The position numbers and the translations under genes are program-made. The notes beneath the pieces are model-generated. The model was not told where the DNA came from and made no database searches. It worked only from the letters and a program-made list of their open reading frames with translations. Of a DNA stretch of 64,000 nucleotides, positions 23,521-36,913 are shown piece by piece (within the stretch, counting starts at the first letter, position 1; each line of letters opens with the position of its first letter). Origin of the DNA: Amphiscolops sp. MND2022 (taxonomy: Eukaryota); NCBI GenBank assembly GCA_964187785.1, contig OZ076414.1:44764001-44828000 (forward strand), read 5' to 3'.

Positions 23521-25079
23521 GGTCATTCTGGGGTCCTTGGAGTCAACTAAAAAAGTCCAGAATTCTCCACAGATAGATATCGCACGAAGCTAAATTTATG
23601 TGAGTTGAATTCTATGGGTAACACCCTTAAAGTTAAATATGAATTTGGTGCTTGGCAAATTTTGTAAAAAAAACTTGTTTGATTTAAATATTTTCATTTC
23701 CCAAATATGAAATATGGGCGGAAAATAACAAAACTCGACCATATGGGCACCTTGCATTGATCGAGCCCCAATCCGATGAGATTAGAGATATGCTCGATGC
23801 ACAGATATATAAAGCAATTAACTCTGCAAAAAAAGGAGAGGGTGATTCGAAAAGTACTACCACAATTGGCACGATAAAGAATATCACTTTTGAAAGTGGG
23901 GATAATAGATCCATGGGACTGGGACAAAAACTCTAAATGGTTAGTACGAAAAGAAGTACAGGTCTTGGTCTGATTAGAACGCAAGCTTCCTCCGTACTCA
24001 GAGACTTGGAGTTTTTGAGCCAAGGCAAAACCACGGCATTAGTTCAAGGAATGTCTTCTCACTGACTTCATGCTCCAACCACTACGAACAAAAGTACTAC
24101 GTGTGTCTTTGAATGACAAATTCCAACGTGTCAATGACTACCTTGCTCGATAACATCATGATATTGAAGGAAAAGTTCAAGCTTTAAATCGCAGTATGAC
24201 ATAATAACTCAGTAAAACCTAATACAGTTCATGTTTGTCTGCACATTTCACGTTAACAGTAAATGGAAAACAAGAGGAGCAGTAATTTTGCGAAATTTTA
24301 AAATCAGCAAACTTTTTTTTGGAATCAGACACCTCTGAGCCCCATTTGTTTGACAAAAAAGCAACGGAAAAGTTTAATCTTGATGAGATTTTACCGTATG
24401 CTTTCGCCAACAATTAGGCTCAGCCAGTACAGTGGCAGGAGATCGAAGGAGAACGTAATAGATATATAGAATCCGTCAGTTCGCATTTCCTTCAAAACAA
24501 CTTCTATAGTCTGCGATTTCTAACTAAAGTGTCAACTAAAATTGAATCGAAATAAGTGCTATTGAGGCTGTTACCGGGTACATTTGCAGGTTGTTTTCTT
24601 TTCGGAAAACTGGTCCAATGTGAAGACTTCGAATATTAGTTACTACTCACATGGAGTTCCATCATAACCTAACTTTAGAACTTCTCAAATTCGAGTATCT
24701 TCACTACGCTGACATCTTCTTTGAGAAAAAAATGATCATAATGAAATATCGCATGCGAAGAACTTAATCTTGTACAAACTAGTCACTTTCTGATTTGTAT
24801 ATTTTCGACAAGGGAGCCAAAGCTGTGCAAGGACAATGATTCTCGGAAAATAGCAAAAAAATTACACGTGTATTTCAACTGCTGATGAAGATGAAGATAA
24901 GGAATATGGTTTCCCCCTTCTTTTTCGTTTAGTGTTTTTCATCCACTCGCTAATCTCTGACTTGTTATTTTCCGCTCACATAAATGGGGAATGAAAATTA
25001 TGATCTGTGTTGCGTTTGTTTCCAAATTCTGCCAAAACTCCACTTTTATTTACTCCATTTAGTAGAACGATATATTAGT

Positions 25080-25512
25080 TGAGCTGTTTAAGATTAGTTG
25101 GATGTTAAACTTTAGATCTTTCAAGGAACACCTAAGAAGTCTATCTTAACAGCAAATCGTCTAAGTCAAGAAGGTAGCTTTTACTATTTCACTTTCTCTG
25201 AGATCTCAGTTAGGTCCTGTCTAAGGGAAGACTGTTCAGTAGATCAGATTTTAATTTTCTCCGAGTATATACCTTCTACAAATTCATCAACGATTATATT
25301 GATTAAAAGCAGTGCTAATCATTCTAGAGTGACAGTAGTAAGATTAGAAATACTAATAAAGTTTTTCACCAAAAGTTAGTACGATATTAATGATGTTATC
25401 AGCAAATGTAAGAAATCTAATTGTCTTCAAAATGGATTGACATCTGTCGCTATAAAAGTTAGTACTTTTCAAGAAAAGATGAATACTTGAGGACATGAAT
25501 CATGGCATCACA
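25080..25512 (-). repeat. Element 2 3' LTR (~433 bp)
   Basis: Colinear with 50402-50833; visibly more diverged than the element 1 LTR pair (several percent by eye). Confidence 0.9.
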
Positions 25513-26105
25513 ATCAACCAGGAATTTTTGAAAATTAAAATTATATATTTGCATTTCAGAAGTTAGGATGTCTAGAGTTTTTAGTTTCAGATGTTGTATG
25601 CATGAGTTTTGTTCTAGAAGTGTACCATACTTAGGTAGTGAGAACTAACTATGACGATGTAGCTTCTTATGTGAGTGACAGTTGAAATTGGTGCAAAAGT
25701 CAATACGATACATATGCCGCAAAAGTAGAATTTATCATCAAGAATAAAGTGTATTTTCTGTAAAACGAGAACGAACCGTGTTCTAGTCAAAAAGTGCATC
25801 GTGTTCATCGCGAATTGTAATGCACAGTGTAAGCAGAAATTGCGGATTGTGATCATTGAGCGTAAAAAGAGAGAAAAGTGGAAACCAGTAAAGAATTGTG
25901 GTATACACCGCGAGTAAGAATGACTCTAAACGATGCTTCCATTCGTGTGTGAAGTGGAAACCAGTCAACGTACGTAATTGTAGAGCGTGTAAAGTACTCA
26001 TTTACTGCATTTTGATCAATACGCGTAACGCCAAATCATACAGTGTAACGAGCAAAACACGTAACGCGTACTTGAAATGTTAACGCGTTTTTATTGGCTG
26101 TTAAC

Positions 26106-26131
26106 CGAACTAGCAAGATCTTGCTAGTTCG
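26106..26131. repeat. Perfect 26-bp palindrome in the element 2 3' non-coding region
   Basis: CGAACTAGCAAGA|TCTTGCTAGTTCG. Confidence 0.95.
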
Positions 26132-28559
26132 TTGCGGAATATGTATCGTAATGGTTCCAGTTTGAATTCACTGACAGGTTAGTTCAAGGTAAATTTGACA
26201 ACTTGTTTACTACTATTTGTTATTTTCGTATCTGCCATCGGCCTTTTTGAAAAATATATGTTGTTCAACATGAGTTGTTCAAAATTGAAAACTATTTGGA
26301 ATTGAAGCAAGATTCTATGAAGTTGTCAATGAGTTGTGAACAAACGTTTCCGGGTTTTTGAACTGATAGTGAAGAAGTGTTGAAAAGTCAAGGTTCAAGT
26401 TCGAGTTTATTTTCAACAAAAGTGACCAGTGGAGCGGAAGGAAAATGTTGTTCTGTCTTGAAATGTTTCAAACTTTGGAAATTGACTTTGTAGCAAAGTT
26501 TTTAAGAACAAATTTTTGGAATTGTGCATGTTCTAAAGAGAGGAGAATTTTGTATCATACCAAGAGGTTTTGTACTATAAAGCGAAAGTAAGATAAGATT
26601 GTATTATGCTCAGGTTAGACGGAATTTTTTATTTGGGCGTGCATAAAAAAATGTGGTTACAAAAGAGTACAATAGCACCGTTAAATGTGTTATTAAGCAC
26701 CATAAAAGGAGTTATTGAAAGATTAAACTACAGAATAGTGCGATTAAATCAGATTGCATTATTGAGATTACAAATGTTCAAATTTGTGGTTATTATGTGG
26801 GTTGCATTTAAGAGTTACAATTGATGTTTTGAAAGTTGAAAGATTAAATGAAGAGTTCAAGTTTGAAATATTTCGATGCCAGTTGACTTCTGGGTTGACG
26901 AAATGTTGAAAACCAGTCGGAGACCATCAGAAGACCAATGAATTGCAGTGACGAAAAGACCTGTGAAGACCAGTGAAGACCAATGAGTTGTAGTGACGAG
27001 AAGACCAGTGAAAACCAATGGGTTGCTGTGACGAGATGTCTCTAACCATGTCAAAAACGGTATCGCAGATGGCGATTTTTGGTTCCATCAAAATGGATGC
27101 GAGAGTATTGTTGGAAGTTGATGTTCTTTTTCTTTATTTTACAAACAATGTGAAGGACCTTGAGGAAAGATTGTTTTGTAGGTTAAGTGATCTTGTCATT
27201 GTTTATTTCGAGAGACATTTCGAACGCGCAAGTGTATGGAGAATTGCGACTCGTAGTCTATGAGCGTTTGTAGACGATACAAATTGGGTTTTTCCTTTAG
27301 GGTCCTGAAGAGGAGCCATGTGAAACGAATTGACAAGATGAGAATGTGACAGAAATGGCGAAAAGTTCCGGTAATATGGCTAAGAAGGCAAAGGAGATGG
27401 AAGAATTGACGTCCCTAAAACAAGGAAGTTTTGAGAACAAGAAGAATTGTCATTTTTTTAATGTGTACCATAAACGTGGTGCAATACAGTTATATTTTCA
27501 GGTGCTAACATGTATTAAGTGATCGAGTGCTAAAGTGTACTGTATTTCATTTTTGTCTATGATATATTAAGAGAAAAATATGACGTCTTTTATGAAAAAA
27601 AGACGAAATGCGCAATAATTTTAGAGAGTCAACTAATGTAGAACAGTTCCATAAAAGGGTATAAAAGTGTTACATGTATTGAAGATTAAATTCATGTATG
27701 TCACTAGTGTCCAATACTGTTCCATAGGAGATTAAATTGAAGAAATTTATTTTACCTGTGTGTAGAGTTAATGAAGATTAGTTGAGTTGAAAAGAGAAGT
27801 CTATCATTAGTCTATCAATTGATCATCACGGTTTGTTGAACGTGAAAGATTTGTTGGTATTTTTGGCGAATGTATAGGGAAGAGAGAAAGACAGGGTCTT
27901 TCATGATTTTGTATCGTTTTTTCGATGGAGATGGTGTTTCATGTGAATTATCAGGAGGAGTATGAACTTTTGAAGAGGCGTTATGTTCAGGTTTTTCAGC
28001 TTGTTCAGCTGGTTCTGAGTTATACATCGGTTCAAGAAAGAGAACCAGAGAATTATTGATGAGAGGTTGATTAGTGAGATCAGAAGATAGTTGTTCTAAT
28101 TGTGTTTGAATATTATGAAGATCAAGTTGAGCTTATGTCATTCTGAGTTAGATCTTGTAGAATAGACAAATTTACACTTACGAGTAGCTTTATCAGTTTC
28201 GGTAGGTGGTGGTGCTAGCACACGGACTATTAATGGGGAATTTTGAGGACGTTGAATAACAATTTCGAGGATAGGAAAGATTTCAAGTGGATGTAGGAGC
28301 TCAATTTTGAAGAGTTTTATTACGAGAAAATTTTCAGAGTTAGAATTTTAGAGGTAGAATTTTATTTCCAGTAGAAGTGGCAGTCAAGTGTATTTTACGA
28401 AAGTTGGAAGCAGATTGTTATGAGGTTAAAACGACGGCGGATGAAAAGGATAATTTGTTTTGGAGTAAACTTTGACAGGACTGTCAGAGTCGTTTTTGAC
28501 AGAAGTGTTTTCAATAGGATAGTCATTCGGAGTTGGATTGACATTTGAGTAATTAAGTA

Positions 28560-31100
28560 AAGTTGGGTTTTATACTGGTGATCAATGAAGTGTTGAAGTT
28601 CTATGATGAGTTTTGCAACGATTATATTGTTTTCTCTCTGGAAATAATTTCAATCGCGCTATTTTGTTAAACCTAAGTGGGTGTTTAGTAAAAAAAGGTG
28701 GAGGTGAAGTAATACCAGTTGGGGTAGTAATATGATTAATTTGTTCATCTGAATGCGAAAAGTCATCTAGTGGGTTGTCAGTTAGATGTGTCAAAACTGA
28801 AGATTTGGAACTTTTAATTGCTAATTTGGGTTTGTCATGTAGGTCATTTACTATTTCAGCTATAAGAATGTTGAAAAAACTATGTGCTATAGAACTAAAT
28901 ATAGTTGTATATTGTTTAAGATTATATTTGTTTGGAATTGTTTTATATTATTTCATGATAAAAGTAAGAGTTGCTTGTTTAAAGAGAAATGTAGATAAAT
29001 AAGTTCCACAATGAGTTAAAATATAACATGGGTATCCGAAAAATGCGATATAAGCATCTGAAAACCATGTAGGTGTAAAAAGAGGAGTTGAATTAATAAA
29101 TTTGTCATGTAGTCCAATACGTATTGTATCATAAGGTTTTCCATGAGCTGAGTTTGTATCATAGTCACGTGTAATAGATGAAATGAAGGAATATTTAAAA
29201 GCTTTTCCTAAAAGTTGAAATGTTGTATCAGAGTGTTTTGAAAATACAATTCTGCTCCAGAGTTGATCTAGTTCAGCATTAGAAAATATGCCAGCATCTT
29301 GGGCTGTTAAAGTATTAGGTCGTAATGTAGTTTTAAATTGAGAAGGTGTAAACATGAGTGGTGGTTTTCGTTTTATAGGTTCTGGTCCAAGTTTGTAAAA
29401 GTCTTTTCATCTGTATCGGGATCTCGTTCAATAATGTTTTTTGGATTATGCAATAGGGGTAGCATAATCATATGTTTGTCTGGTAATAGGATCCACGTCC
29501 ATAAGAGTATATTTAAAGCGTATTGGTATACGATCGAAGCACCGATCGGGTGTGTATAGAGGAGAGAGAAAATGTGGACAATCGTAGAGCCAAGCGGATG
29601 AGCCTTCGACCTATAAAAAGTTACTACGATTTCCTGTTGAAAGGAATCCGGCAAGTTTAGGGTTTTGTACTGACATTGCACGTATTTTGAGAAGTTGATT
29701 ATTTCGTTCTAGCTGGCAAACTGTATGATGGGTATTTATTTCTGGAACAGTCATAGATTGGAAAACATGATTGGTAGTGTAATCTATTTTTGTAATTATA
29801 TGTGCATCGTAATCAAATGTAGCAAAATTGTTGGAAACATTGAGTGCTGGAAAGGTATAATTATTATGAATTTGGTGTATCAGGACTTTACCAGAAATAT
29901 ATTCATTTATTATAGATTGAGGATTGGGTTGTCCTGTATGCATGTTGAAACCATCGGTGTATGTTACAAAAAGATCAGAGTATTGTGTAGAATACATTAC
30001 CACAAAATGTTTGAGCATTTGGAAATACTTCAAAACGTGAGAGACTAGGATTGTGTAGACTTTGTGTATGTGGAGCATGTACATAAGGATATGATGTTCC
30101 TTTAATACCAAATGTTTTATCAGTTTTTCTAGGATGTGAAGATTGTACGAAAGAGTCTGTTTCAATCAATGATCGGTCGTCAATTTTTGTCATTCGATCA
30201 ATAAATTCTTGTAATGTGAAGATTAAGCAAAAGTCATCTGTGAACCAAACAAGTGTGAAAAGAGTTTCAGTGGTTGGTTTACAGAAACCATCTGCAAAAA
30301 AGCCGGGAAGGTTACGTCCGTCAATGACCATGACATTTTCTGTATCATCATAAGTTAGTTCTATTTCAGATTTTCTAAACGCCAACTAACAAGGTTGATT
30401 TCAAATTGATGATGAGCACGACAGTTAGGATAAGGGTTTCGTGATGGATCATAAATCCAATCTTCATCAGCAGGCATGAAAGTAAAGGTACCTGTGTATA
30501 TTTTATTGAAGTGATGTACTGTAAAAGGAGTTTGATAATGTTCTAATCTTTCTTGGAAGTAATGATCTTCTAAGAGAGTAAAAGTTTTATTGTAATGTAA
30601 GTTGTTTGATATTTTGGTAAGTTATTTGTATCAATGAGGTCCCGAATAACGTTCTTACATTCGAGAGGATCAAGTGTAACAGAAAGTGGCATAGTGTTAT
30701 GATTCCATACAGTTCTATCAACACGTCGATATTCAACGGAGCCTTGAAAACCAATATGTCTTTCCTTTTTGACAAAAGCGACACATTTGAAAGCTTTAAT
30801 GCGTTTAACTTTTGCTCTAACATAGACTCGAGCTTTAACATTAGCATGTTGTATATTAGAAGGAGCTTCTGTGCTATGTTTTACATTTAGTAAGATAAAT
30901 TGTCTAAGATTATGTTGTTTTTCACAGTCATAATGAGAAACCCTAAGATTTGTGATATTTGGATTATCTGATGGAATATAATCTTCTGTATCAGTTGATG
31001 TAGTAGGTATAGTGGATGTGAATGTTAAAATGAAGGAATGTAGTACAAAATTAGTTATATACAGAAAGGTATGTAACTTAAATGGAAGTTGTGTATTTGA
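28560..31100 (-). pseudogene. env: Element 2 env-like glycoprotein (class III fusion / gB-like, decayed)
   Basis: Hydrophobic signal-like start. YDCEKQHNLRQFILLNVK...AFKC...LECK near the N-terminus; HTVCQLERNNQLL.IRAMSVQNPKLAGFL.TGNR at 29614-29727; hydrophobic membrane-proximal segment at about 28950-29050. Located 3' of integrase. The class call is motif recall. Confidence 0.7.
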
Positions 31101-32954
31101 GACCGGAATATGGGTTGTAAAAGACGACTTTGCCATATGTTAAATCTGGGAGTTGAGGATCTCTGTCAAATTCTATATGTGTAACTTCGGAAGGAGCAGG
31201 AGTAGTTTTGTGTTCTATTTTTGCAACGTGAAATGCTGGATGTGAATTTAAACTTTGAAATTTCACTCTAAATTCAAATTTAAGTTCTAGATTATAAGTT
31301 TGGAGTCTTTTCAGTTCTGTTTCTTTTCGTTTAATTGAAAGAGAATCGTTATTTGTAATGAAAACAGGGAAACGTGAAACGTTTTTGGGATCGTATATTG
31401 TAGTTCCGTCAACTCGTTTTGGATATTCAGCAAAGTTAGGAGTTGGGGGTCTAGAATGTTAAGTAGTGTAATATTCAGCTATTCTAATATGTGGAGGAAC
31501 AGGAATAGGTACAAAACTTCAGAGAATAGGTTTCTGGAAAGGAATGCAGTTTGAACATCAGAAGAAAGTAGTGAATCAGTATCAAAACCAGATGTAAAAT
31601 AGGATTGTGGAACAAGTTCGGAAGAGTGTGTATCAGAAGATATAGTTTGGGTGTGTTGTCTTGCAAGTCGTAATGCAGAATTGCTTGAAAGAGCAGAAAG
31701 ATTTAGTGTTGAGGTATCTGTAGTACTAAGTCTGCGTGAAGGAAGATTTCTGAGATTATATCTATGGTTTGGAACAAAAAGTGAACTAGCAGATTCTTGT
31801 GATGGTAAATATTCAGAAACGTGGTCCAAAAGCTTCGTTAAGAGGTAGATAGTTTTCTAAGAATTTTATTGGAAGATATTTTTTGATGTTGTGTTTTTGT
31901 CAGATTCAGATGGTAGTTGTAATCAAGGTTTTGACGAATATTCATGATCAGGAATATTTACAAGATTTAGTTGAGGATGTAGTCTATTTTTTTAAATAGA
32001 TGTAGGATGTTTGTAAATTACGTAGCGTTCAACAGATTCTGGGTGTGGTATATGTACGAAAATGGTATACGAAAGGAAAACGAATTAGTGTTGGTTGCGA
32101 TTGAGAACGAGGAGTAATAGAAATTTCAGTTATGGGTGGTCTACTTGTATAAGGTGAAGACGTTATAGAAGATGTATCAATTATTTGTGACCTTGGTGTT
32201 TTAGAAGGTGTTAAAGGAGTCACATTCCGAGTTTCAGTTGAGTTAATGGGTTGAGGTTCAACATTAGAGGATAGGTTTGGAGCAGAAGGAGATGTATCTG
32301 AAGAAGAATACAGGATTTTACTTTGTAGTTTATTCTGTTTGGGGCTGAAGTCAGGTACTAAAATCTGTTACGACTACTTCTCTTGATTGTTACTTTTGTT
32401 TACTAATTTTCTTTGAGTCAGTATGGTGAATGATTGGTTTCAAAGTTTTGAAGGTGGTATAAAGAGTCTATGATCCATTATTGGTTGATGTCTGAGATTG
32501 TAATGAAATTTTGTGATTCTGTCAATTGGGGGATGAGGTAAAATAGATTAATTCTGAGATAGATGGCGTGAAGGTGGGTTGATTTGGTGGATTTTAGATA
32601 TCTTTTTGAAAGAGGGGTTATCATGTACTTTGATTGGTAATCAGTCATTTGAGGGAAGATTTGTAGAATCGTAATTAGAGGTAGTTGATGGTATTATAGC
32701 ATTTGGTAATGATGTGAATTAGAGTCATTGGGTGATGAATTGTCATCAGATAAGGATTCATCGGAATTAAAAGCGGAAGAGTCACTGTTTGCATATTTAA
32801 TTGGTTTTGGAATGTCAAGAGGTGGGTCTGAAAAGCGCATGAAATTACGTAAATGAGGGTACAAAGGTGGTTCTTTCGGATAATGAGGAATTAAGTGATT
32901 TCTAAGAACATGAATTGTAGAGTCGTCTTGTGAAATAAGTTCATATGTAACATC

Positions 32955-35900
32955 TTATAGTCTGTCCAGAATTTTGTGTGGGCCAATCCGAAGCGGTTTG
33001 AATTTGTCAGAGATTTGAACGTGAGAGAAATTGCGTTTTACAACAAAAGTGCCAAGAGGAAGTGGTTTACCTTCATGAAAGGTCTTTGTAATGTAAGCAT
33101 GAAAGTTTACTTTTTTAAGAGTGTTTTCATATACTGTAGAGTAATTTTGTAACATAGCAGTTTCTACTGCAAGAAACCAGTGTGGAATGGACTTTAAAAG
33201 AGTTTTGTAAAAGAAGTGATTTAAATCAGTTTGTCGTAGTGAGAGTGTTCTGGAAGTTGAGAGCAAAATTTAGAAATATAAATTTCAGATGTATTACGAT
33301 TAAGGTTCAAAGGTAATTGGTATTCTAGGTTGTGTGTGGAAAACAATTTCATGAGGAGAAACGTTGAGTTCTGAAAGAGGTTGTGAATTATGTGCGTAGG
33401 CATACATGTGTACTTGATATGCCCACTCTCTAGGAGTGTCCTGAAGAAACATGCGGAGGTGAGTACCAAGGTTCTGTACTCCTACAAGGCCATTAGTCCA
33501 AGAAGAATAAGCAGTTCAAGGGAGTGTCTATTTCCCATGAGTGTACAGAGTTGTGCCATTTCGTTGTTTACGTCTTCTGAACCACGATCAGTAACAAGGA
33601 TTATGGGTGGACCAAATTTGACAATCCAAATATGTAAAAGAGTTTTTATTGCTGTTTTGGCATTATGTGATTTGATTGGCACTGTTACAACAAAGTGATC
33701 GAAAGCGTCAATAATACCATGAATGTAAACTTTGTGTTGTGAAGGAGGGTTAATGGGTGTCCTTTAGTATCCATAGAAGTTCTGTAATTGAAGAAGGAGC
33801 GTGTTGTGAAATGGATAGTGTAGGAGCAGTTTGAATTTTTATATTGAAGTGTTTATTACGTTGACATTCAATGCAATCATGTATTAAAAGGAGTGAAATT
33901 TCTCAAGATAAAGAATGTAATAATATTGACATAAAGTATTGTAAGTTTTTTTGATGCCTAATCAAGAGTGTTCATGGAGTTTGTTATAGACGGTTTTAAC
34001 ATTCTGAAACGAAGACATATTATGATAGTACTGCGTATTATGTTTGGGATAGAAACAAGTTGTGTTCCAGGTGGAAGTGGATTTGTTGTGTATAAACTAA
34101 TGAGATTTGTAGAGTCGTCTACAAAATTTTGTGAAAATCGTTTGTAATTTGCATGTAAGGAAGTGCGAGTAATCAGAGGTGTGAGAAAATCAGGTTTTCA
34201 CTTTCGAGTTAGCCAAGAGTATACAGTTCGAAGAACTGGGTCTTGAGCGTGTTGTTGTTGAAGAGTTTTAAGATCTAAACAGTAGACATCGGGAAGGAAG
34301 AACCCTTGAAAATAGTGTTTGTACTTGACGAAAGAAGTATCATAAAAAGGTATGCTTTGTGAACAGTGTGTAGCAGGATGAGATTTTGTTTGTACATCTA
34401 TTGCAAAAGTTACTTCTTGAGATGTAATGGACTCTAGTTTCTTTATGTTGGAGAAAGTTTCTTCTTGCAATGTTTTGGAATTCTGGAGAAATTATGTTCT
34501 TCATCACTTCTAACGTCAGTGTCATTAGGTAAAAGAGATTATTTGTGTATGGATTTGCTGTTATTTTTGATAGGTGTTTTAAATTTTGTTTGAAACGGTG
34601 TTACCGATTTGGAATGAGAATTAATTTAAAATTTTTTGACAATAAAATCCTTGCCTTTGTCATTGATACGTATTGAAAATTGATCTGTACCATATTCAGC
34701 AAGAATTGGATGAAGGTCATGTTTTTGATGTGGTAAAACTTCTTCGTGTTTAATTAAATAATGTACTGGTTGAAGGGTGTTGTTTTGTAGTACTGCAAAT
34801 TCAATTTGTGATGAAAGTTGTTTGTGTTTCAATTGATTTATTTGTAATTCAGCTTTTGTAAACGAACGACTTAACATATCAGCATTCGAAAAGTTTTTGC
34901 CAGGTGTGTGATAGATTTTAAGTTTGGAAAACTCTGTCAATTGCATTTGAGCTCTTTAAAAACATGGGCTAAGGTTTCCATTCTTCGAAAACTATGTAAA
35001 AAAGGTTTATGATCAGTAAAAACATGTATTGGATGTGGAGATCCAATGACAATGGATTCATAGATTTGAAGAGCATGTACTATACCAAGGAGTTCACGGT
35101 AAATTGTGGCAAGTTTTTGTTCTTGTGGGTTTATTATACGAGAATTGTAAGATGTGACTTCCATTTCGTTTTTTTTTCATTTAATTGCAAGAAGACAGCG
35201 CCTAAGCCAATAATTGAGGCGTTTACTGTAATGAAAAATGGATGTTTTTTTGGAATTGTAAGTTCTGTGTCAGAAGTAAGAGAAGTTTTTATTAATTGGA
35301 AAAGTTGCTCGTGTTCTTCGGTCCAATTCCATGGAATGTTTTCATGTAAAAGATCGTTAAATGGGTTGAGGTTAGAATGGAGCTCTTCAAGGAATTTGGT
35401 GTAATAGTTAAGTGCACCTATGAAACTCATCAAGGCAACTTTTCCAGTTGGAGGAGGGATCTTGTGAAATTATGCAATCTTTTTGTGAATAGATTTGATT
35501 GTATTGTAAAAGATTTCATGTCCAAGGAATTTAACATTAAGAAGCACGGAAAAGGATTTTTCAGGAGCTAATTCGAGGTCATTTTTTGTACAATTAACAT
35601 GTAGTTGTTCAATAAGTTGAAACATCTGTTCTTTAGAGTTTGATAAAAGGAAAATATCATATCATCAATGTAAACAAGAGCAAAACCGTGATCTATAAGA
35701 GTTTTAAAGAAGTTTGGCAACTGTTTTGTAAAGTCCTTTGAGACCATAAAAGCCTCTGATAAAAGCAAAGAGCTTATCACCTGAAGAGAAACTTGTAAGT
35801 TTGATTGCTTCTTCATCAAGAGGTGTATGAGCATATGCAAACATGAGGTTTATTGCACACTTGTACTTTTCGTTTGCGCGTGCTAGTTGTGGAGCAAAAG

Positions 35901-35978
35901 GTTCATTGGGCCAAGATTCGTCAGATTGTTCTGTATTTGAGTTAGGATGTCGAGCGTCTAATTCGCATTTGAAAGAGT
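32955..35978 (-). pseudogene. pol: Element 2 RT, RNase H and integrase (left of the BEL insertion)
   Basis: FALVYIDD; FIGALNYY; RELLGIVHAL...VFTDHKP; KFGPP..LVTDRGSE; KFKPLRIGP. Heavily frameshifted. Confidence 0.9.
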
Positions 35979-36913
35979 TGTAACAGCTGCTTGCCCTTAT
36001 CCTGCGCTGAGGCTTGACAAACTTGGTCGCCCTGGTCCGTTGCTTATTACTGTGGACCGTTACTGAACAATTCCTGGTTTTCTTGTGTTAAAGGACTGTA
36101 TTTTGTGGCTGGTGGTGCCGATGTGACCCGTGGAAACTCCTAGGATCCACCTTTGCACTTGTTTGGATCCGATGTGATCCGTAACACACTTCCCTCACTG
36201 TATCTCCACGCGCTCCGGCTCCCCAACATTGAGAGTAGCTACTTAGTCGCTCTAACACTAGCGAAAAGTTGTGAAGATTGAGAAGTTGATTAATTAGTCT
36301 CTTGGTTCTAAGACCCAACTTGCCTATAGCTATTTAGTCGTAAAAATCTCCATCTAATAACGATATAAATACCGTTTACAATTCTTTGGTAAATATAAGC
36401 AAATAGAAGTAAGTATAAATAAATGACATTTAAAGCATAATATGAGGTTATTGACTAAGAAAACAAACTATGTGGTGGTTTTGGCATGTTGGTAGGTGGG
36501 CTAGAAAGTATGTTTACAAAATGAAAATATCATTAATTTCAACAGAGTTACCTTTCCTTCAAGGTCATATGAGAAAATCACATAATAATTAATACATCAA
36601 AAGTGGGTAAGTCTTGAGGTCCGACCTAAGTCACTTTGGGTGTTAATTGCTCGGAACCCAGGAGAGATACGGGGCAGGGTGGTTCGAGTGAAAGTTGAGT
36701 TAGCACCTCTAGTATATGCATGCTAAGTTTCAGGGTGACTGAAGGAGTGCTTCTCAAAAAGGAGGCTGGCGTTTTTTACAGGATGCCATTTTTGCTGAAA
36801 GTTGTAATTTTCCAACTAGAATCTTGAGAAACTTTCTAGGAGTTTCGAGTTCTAAGTTTCATCAGTCACGTTCAAATTTGAGTTTCTGATCTTGCAATGC
36901 ACTGGCGACAACA
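35979..36913 (-). repeat. BEL 3' LTR (935 bp)
   Basis: Homologous to 43833-44766. Purine-rich GGGAGAAAAACAGAGCCGGCGA immediately precedes it on the minus strand (PPT). Confidence 0.9.

Noticed and set aside
23700-24220. Coding-like, frameshifted plus-strand stretch
   Set aside because: Multiple stops and no recognisable motif; cannot be assigned.
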